This document shows positions 58,550 to 64,000 of a stretch of DNA of 64,000 bases, one piece after another. A program made the translations under genes and the position numbers. The stretch is taken from the NCBI GenBank assembly GCA_964016885.1, contig OZ024743.1:289292001-289356000 (forward strand), written 5' to 3'. This DNA is from Eledone cirrhosa. Its lineage: Eukaryota. The notes beneath the pieces were generated by a model. That model ran no database searches. It was given only the letters and a program-made list of their open reading frames with translations, and was not told the DNA's origin. Position 1 is the first letter of the stretch. Each line of letters begins with the position of its first letter.

Positions 58550-60265
58550 AAGAATGAAGATTAACATGGTTGGCTGTACAATAAGGGCTTTACAATTACT
58601 GACAAAGGTACTGACAATTGTTTCGTTGATCATGTGGGTCTAGAGTTCGCTAATCGCTTGATGTTGCGTTATTCGATCTCCAATGGAAAATATAAAGAGC
58701 TAAATAAATAAATAAATAAATAAGTGAGATCGTGTAAGTACATAGAAGTAGTTTTTGAGTAAGTGTTCTTTGGTGGTAAGCTAGATTTGAGATGTACATA
58801 GATACGTGTAGCGGGTCCGATAAAAGAGACAATAAATTAGAGATTAATTGCTGGATCATCCAGCAATTAATGTTCAGAGATTTATGATCCAGTGACCATT
58901 TGGCCGTTTGATAGCTAATAGCAGTGCGATGGTGTGTATTCTATATGTTAAAATCTAGGTGGTTCAGTACTAATTTAGGGATTCATGGTTCAATTCATGG
59001 TGGTTTAATGTTTGTGAATCTAGTAGCTATTTTATGTCTACAGAAAATAGATCTTTCTATTTTGCTGTTAAGCAGCATCCCATCGTACCTTAAAATATGT
59101 AGTAGTTCTAAATTACAAAGCCCGCAGTGGGACATATGTTGCTGTAGGCTTTCGCTACCGATAATTTTGACCAGCTAAACTTATATTCTAGGTTTCTGTC
59201 CTTAGGGTGCCAGGTTTTATTGGCGAGCATCGTAGAGTTCTCCAGTGCACGGTTCTTCATAGAGTGTCTGTGGACGTACCACCTTTTCTTAAACTCCCCA
59301 GACGTGGAAGCTATGTAGTGCCAGGTAGAATTGCCTGAATTCACAGTACACCGGTATACCATACTTGAATCCAGGCATCTCTTCTGTAGTGGGCACTTAT
59401 CCGGTAGGTGGCAATTACAATTTGAGGTTTTATTTTGTGCAGGTTCATCGTTGCGGTTTTGTAAGTTGGTGTGGGGGGGTTGTGATTTAGGCCTATTAAT
59501 GTTTTGTTGTGATGTGTTCCGATGCGTTTGTGGTTGTGATGTTGTTATGTATTTGTGTTTTGTGCTATGGTGCATATTGATAGGTTAATTTCTGTAGAGA
59601 TATTTTTGTGGTTGATCTAACGTATGTGCGATTCTATGTTGGCTGCAGTAGAGTAGGAAAGTTTTGTTTTTCTATTGAAATCTTCAATAGAAAAACTTAT
59701 TTATTTATTTATCTCTTTATATTTTCCATTCTCTCATTTTCTTACTTTTTTATGTACCCTATCTTTTATTCTACTTTTACTTTTTACATCTGTAACTTCT
59801 CTACCTATTTAACATACATGTATTATTATTGATGTTATTGTTTATATTATACTCTATTTTATTATTGATATTATTGTATTAATTATACGCTATTTCTCTA
59901 TATAAGTCTTGCCTCGAGTGAATTATTTTCATATCTACATGCTCTGATGTGTTGACCATAGGTTAATAATCTATTGGAGATCGAATAACGCAACTTCAAG
60001 CGATTAGTGAACTCTAGACCCACATGATCAACGAAACAATTGTCAGTATTTTAAATAAAGCCCTTATTGTACAGTCAACCATGTTAATCTTCATTCTTTA
60101 ACTATTATTACTCCAAGTATAATTTGCATGAAAATTACCGCGAACTCGCTGCATAACTATGGAAGCATCTTGTTGAGTGAAAATAAGCCGCACATTAAAA
60201 CTATCCACGACGCAGAGCACTCGCAACCTCTAACTGGATTACCTATAACGATAACTTGTTATCCC

Positions 60266-60266
<1 letters not shown>
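58545..60266 (-). mobile_element. PLE 3' fragment (Naiad/Nematis-type GIY-YIG) with inverted terminal copy (58545-58685 / 59973-60104) and tail
   Basis: CNCHLPDKCPLQKRCL...VYRC...YIAST..FKKRWYVH; after a frameshift CGLCNLE...LLNSKIE...CRHK. Confidence 0.85.
59939..60049 (+). ncRNA. Hammerhead ribozyme (A9 mutated) with extended stem II
   Basis: atgct-CTGATGt-gttgaccat...atgatcaac-GAAA-caattg-TC-agtat, then aataaa. Confidence 0.65.
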
Positions 60267-60299
<33 letters not shown>

Positions 60300-61070
60300 A
60301 AGCTTAGTAAAATCGAAGCTTTGGCTGTGGCCAAGCAAAGTTGACCTACAATATGGAATGAGTAGCAAAGAACTCAATAAGGGTAGGTTCTTAGAGTAAT
60401 AACATACGTTTTAATAGATTAAGAATTGAAAATTGCGGTAGGCAAAACCCAACCTTACAATACCAAAACAACGAAAGAACTAATCAGGTTAAAACAGACC
60501 TGAACAGATCGGACGATATTCTGCAATACGTCCGATATGTTTCTATGAATCCGAAATCATCTATCCAACTTACGTAACACGTAAGCTTGTGGTATTCCAT
60601 GATCGAACAGGGGATTCATTTCATCAACAGGCATTCCGTTCTATTGCCTCAAACTGGTGTGAACAAACTAAATGCGACCGCCACAATAGACAGCCTTCAA
60701 ACATTTCGTTGTCACGTGTTATTTCCAACAAGGCAAGCAACCCCCGATTTTTGGCGGGTAAATTCAAAGTGTTAACAAAGGAACTAATAATTCCGCTCAA
60801 CATTCCAAATAAAAGCTCTCAACCAGACGTTATTAAACGAACACAAATAATTAATCAATCAACAGAATTGTCTAATTAAATTAATTTGTTAATTATTAAG
60901 TCTAGGAGAAAATAATACATGTGGAAGCTTAGTAAAATCGAAGTTTTTGCTGAGGCCAAGAAAAGTCGACCTACAATAAGGAATGAGTAGCAAAGCATAT
61001 ATTACTCCTTAGAGTCATAGCATACGTTTAAATAGCTTGACAAATTGAAAATTGCGGTAGGCAAAACCCA
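60300..61070 (-). mobile_element. ~1.25-mer of a 625-bp non-coding HHR unit (direct repeats 60300-60451 / 60925-61070)
   Basis: Diverged ~150-bp direct repeats; minus-strand HHR 60498-60632 gcctg-tTGATGA-aatgaatcc...ggattcata-GAAA-ca.atcggacg...cgtccgat.tg-TT-caggt. Confidence 0.7.
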
Positions 61071-61076
61071 TACATA

Positions 61077-61208
<132 letters not shown>

Positions 61209-61229
61209 TGTATATATTTATATATATAT

Positions 61230-61344
61230 AAATTGAAATAAAATGAAAACGAAATTTCATTTCTCACTCTTAGTATGGCACTTACTTAAATGTAAGTATG
61301 CATGTATACGTACATACATATATGTATACAGACGTACAGTAGCA

Positions 61345-61395
<51 letters not shown>

Positions 61396-61622
61396 GCATA
61401 CAGGTACACATACATATATGCACGTATCAGTTTACGGACGCTTATTATAACGCCGCTTTGTTCGTTTGTAAACAAACTGAACAGCCTGAATTTATGCCAT
61501 ACGGTGTTAAGGCAACCACGTCACCTTTTCACCTTGTTTACAAACGAACAAAGCGCCGTTATAATAAGCGTCCGTAAACTGATACGTGCATATATGTATG
61601 TGTACCTGTATTCATATATATG

Positions 61623-61686
<64 letters not shown>

Positions 61687-62119
61687 TGCTACTGTACGTC
61701 TGTATACATATATGTATGTACGTATACATGCATACTTACATTTAAGTAAGTGCCATACTAAGAGTGAGAAATGAAATTTCGTTTTCATTTTATTTCAATT
61801 TATCGTTTTCGGTATGCCTGACCGATTTAACTCACTCAATATGCAAATTAGGCTGCTCAGCCGTTAATTTTCATAAGGAAAGTATATACTTTCGAACGTT
61901 CAACTATCTGGCAGATGGGTAAACGGTGCTGATGATAGCTAACAAGCTTGAAACTAGTACATCGTTCCTGTGTCAGTGTTGAACAAAAAGGTGACGTGGT
62001 TGCCTTAACACCGTATGGCATAAATTCAGGCTGTTCAGTTTGTTTACAAACGAACAAAGCGGCGTTATAATAAGCGTCCGTAAACTGATACGTGCATATA
62101 TGTATGTGTACCTGTATGC

Positions 62120-62168
<49 letters not shown>

Positions 62169-62222
62169 TGCTACTGTACGTCTGTATACATATATGTATG
62201 TACGTATACATGCATACTTACA
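61230..62222 (+). mobile_element. Tandem ~505-bp non-coding HHR unit (61534-62222) preceded by an inverted copy (61230-61529)
   Basis: ttgtttacaaacgaacaaagc recurs at 61534 and 62040; the inverted arm matches both; bounded by (TA)n. Confidence 0.85.
61924..61964 (+). ncRNA. Intact type I minimal hammerhead ribozyme
   Basis: cggtg-CTGATGA-t agct aaca agct t-GAAA-ctag-TA-catcg. Confidence 0.85.
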
Positions 62223-62344
62223 TATATATATATGTGTGTATGTGTATGTATGTGTATATATATATGTATATATACATAGGTATATAGGTATATAGATGTT
62301 CATTAAAAGCAACAGAAGACACCGAACTGGAAACTTTCTTAACA

Positions 62345-62710
62345 TTCTCTTCAGATGAGCGAAATCTATGCAAGGAGAATTACATCGTTATGTGGAGCGG
62401 GGAGAACAAATTCTTGCTATGAAAAAATCAGGCGACTGATATTGTTTTTAAAATGGCTGAACAATTTCCAGCTACCATATATGGAAAATGATATTAATAG
62501 TTGTAAAAGGATTACACATAATGATACTGAATATGTTAAAATCATTTTCCATATATGGTAGCTAGAAATCATTCGGCTATTCAAAAACGAATATTAATCG
62601 CCTGGTTTTTTTCATAGCAAGAATATAATTGTTCCTAGCAAGAATTTGTTCCACCTGCTCCACATAGTGACATAATTCTCCTTGCATACATTTTGCTCTT
62701 CTCAAGAGAA
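62345..62710. repeat. Diverged fold-back element
   Basis: Arms ~62345-62497 / 62535-62710, e.g. agctaccatatatggaaaatgat / atcattttccatatatggtagct. Confidence 0.7.
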
Positions 62711-63211
62711 CAACCTCCCGCACTACAGTTATTTCTTCCTGTTTTCTAAAGGCAATATTCGTTTTTAATTTTTTAAAAATATTTACTTAAGCGTCTACAG
62801 ATAGATTTTTCTCATTTTCAGATGATATCATTTAGGATGAAAGGAGGAATCCATTACATAAACTTAATCTGTACCAATAATAAATGTAAATATATATATG
62901 TGTGTGTGTGAGAGAGAGATTGTATGTATGTGCGTGTGTGTGTGTATGTGCATGCGCGTGCGTGCTTGTATGTGCGTGTATGTGTTGTGTGTGTATCCAA
63001 TATGGTTGACTAAATAAACAGGTGCTTTTTTTTCAAAATTTTCCGTCCCTTTTTCCTATCACTCATATTTTATTTCATCAGATATTTCTCACTATTTTCC
63101 GATAAAGCACTAGAGTCCAAACGTAAAGACATTTTTCTTGCTATATCAAGCGTTAAGCCGATATATTTCTTCTTTGTACTGTGTTATATACACTGTTGTT
63201 TCCGTTTACAT

Positions 63212-63327
<116 letters not shown>

Positions 63328-63418
63328 GTAAACAGAAATAACAACACAATCGGTACAAATTATGGAAGGAATATATTAGGTTAACGCAACGATATAACGT
63401 CCGAGAGAGAGAGAGGAG

Positions 63419-63498
<80 letters not shown>

Positions 63499-64000
63499 AA
63501 CGTGGGTCGATGGTACTACACATATATACATTTAGAAGCTGAATACACCTACGTACAACCCTGCCAAACAATACAAATGGTATTTGAGAAATTATAAACC
63601 AATCGAAAGGATGCCAATAGAAGCATAAAAATTGATGAAATAGTTAAAGGAAGAACACCATATACCAGCACATACATATTGATATACAAACTTACATATA
63701 CACACTGACTGATAATCATATGAACGTAAACACAAATACATACCAAGATACTGACACATACACACATTAAGGAATAGAGTACACATACACATCCACTATA
63801 TACACACATAAACACATACACATACATATATAAACTTACACATAACCACAAGCACATACACACGTACACATAAACGTTATATATATTTATACACATATAA
63901 TCACATACAAATACATACACACATTATAAATAAACACATACACACATTCACATGCACACACATACACATGCATATAAACACATATACATACATACATCAT

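Noticed and set aside
58990-59575. Selenocysteine-encoding Naiad
   Set aside because: The conserved Cys positions read here are TGY codons; no in-frame TGA at them and no SECIS identified

Overview
AT-rich, microsatellite-saturated eukaryotic non-coding DNA; I found no supportable host protein-coding gene. The SINE and RTE tails resemble those I recall from Octopus, so a cephalopod source is an inference. Nearly all listed ORFs are translations of (TA)n/(CA)n/(GA)n/(CTA)n repeats. The real coding remnants are transposon relics: Penelope-like elements (PLEs; one near-full-length Neptune-type copy at ~36.4-42.1 kb plus three clear remnants and one weak one), several RTE LINEs, an R4/Dong-like and a CR1-like fragment, an internally deleted mariner, a probable non-autonomous Helitron and tRNA-derived SINEs. 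The main signal is a dense set of more than ten unrelated, short, non-coding fold-back elements embedded in (TA)n tracts. They share one architecture: a short inverted arm, then a long arm with a type I hammerhead ribozyme (often a minimal palindromic stem III, often followed by AATAAA), then a ~65-160 nt tail that usually contains GAG-NN-CTC. Three loci show circularly permuted or >1-unit tandem non-coding HHR monomers of ~505-625 nt, as expected for retrozyme-like RNAs mobilised by PLE machinery. All alignments and folds were done by eye, so boundaries are approximate.
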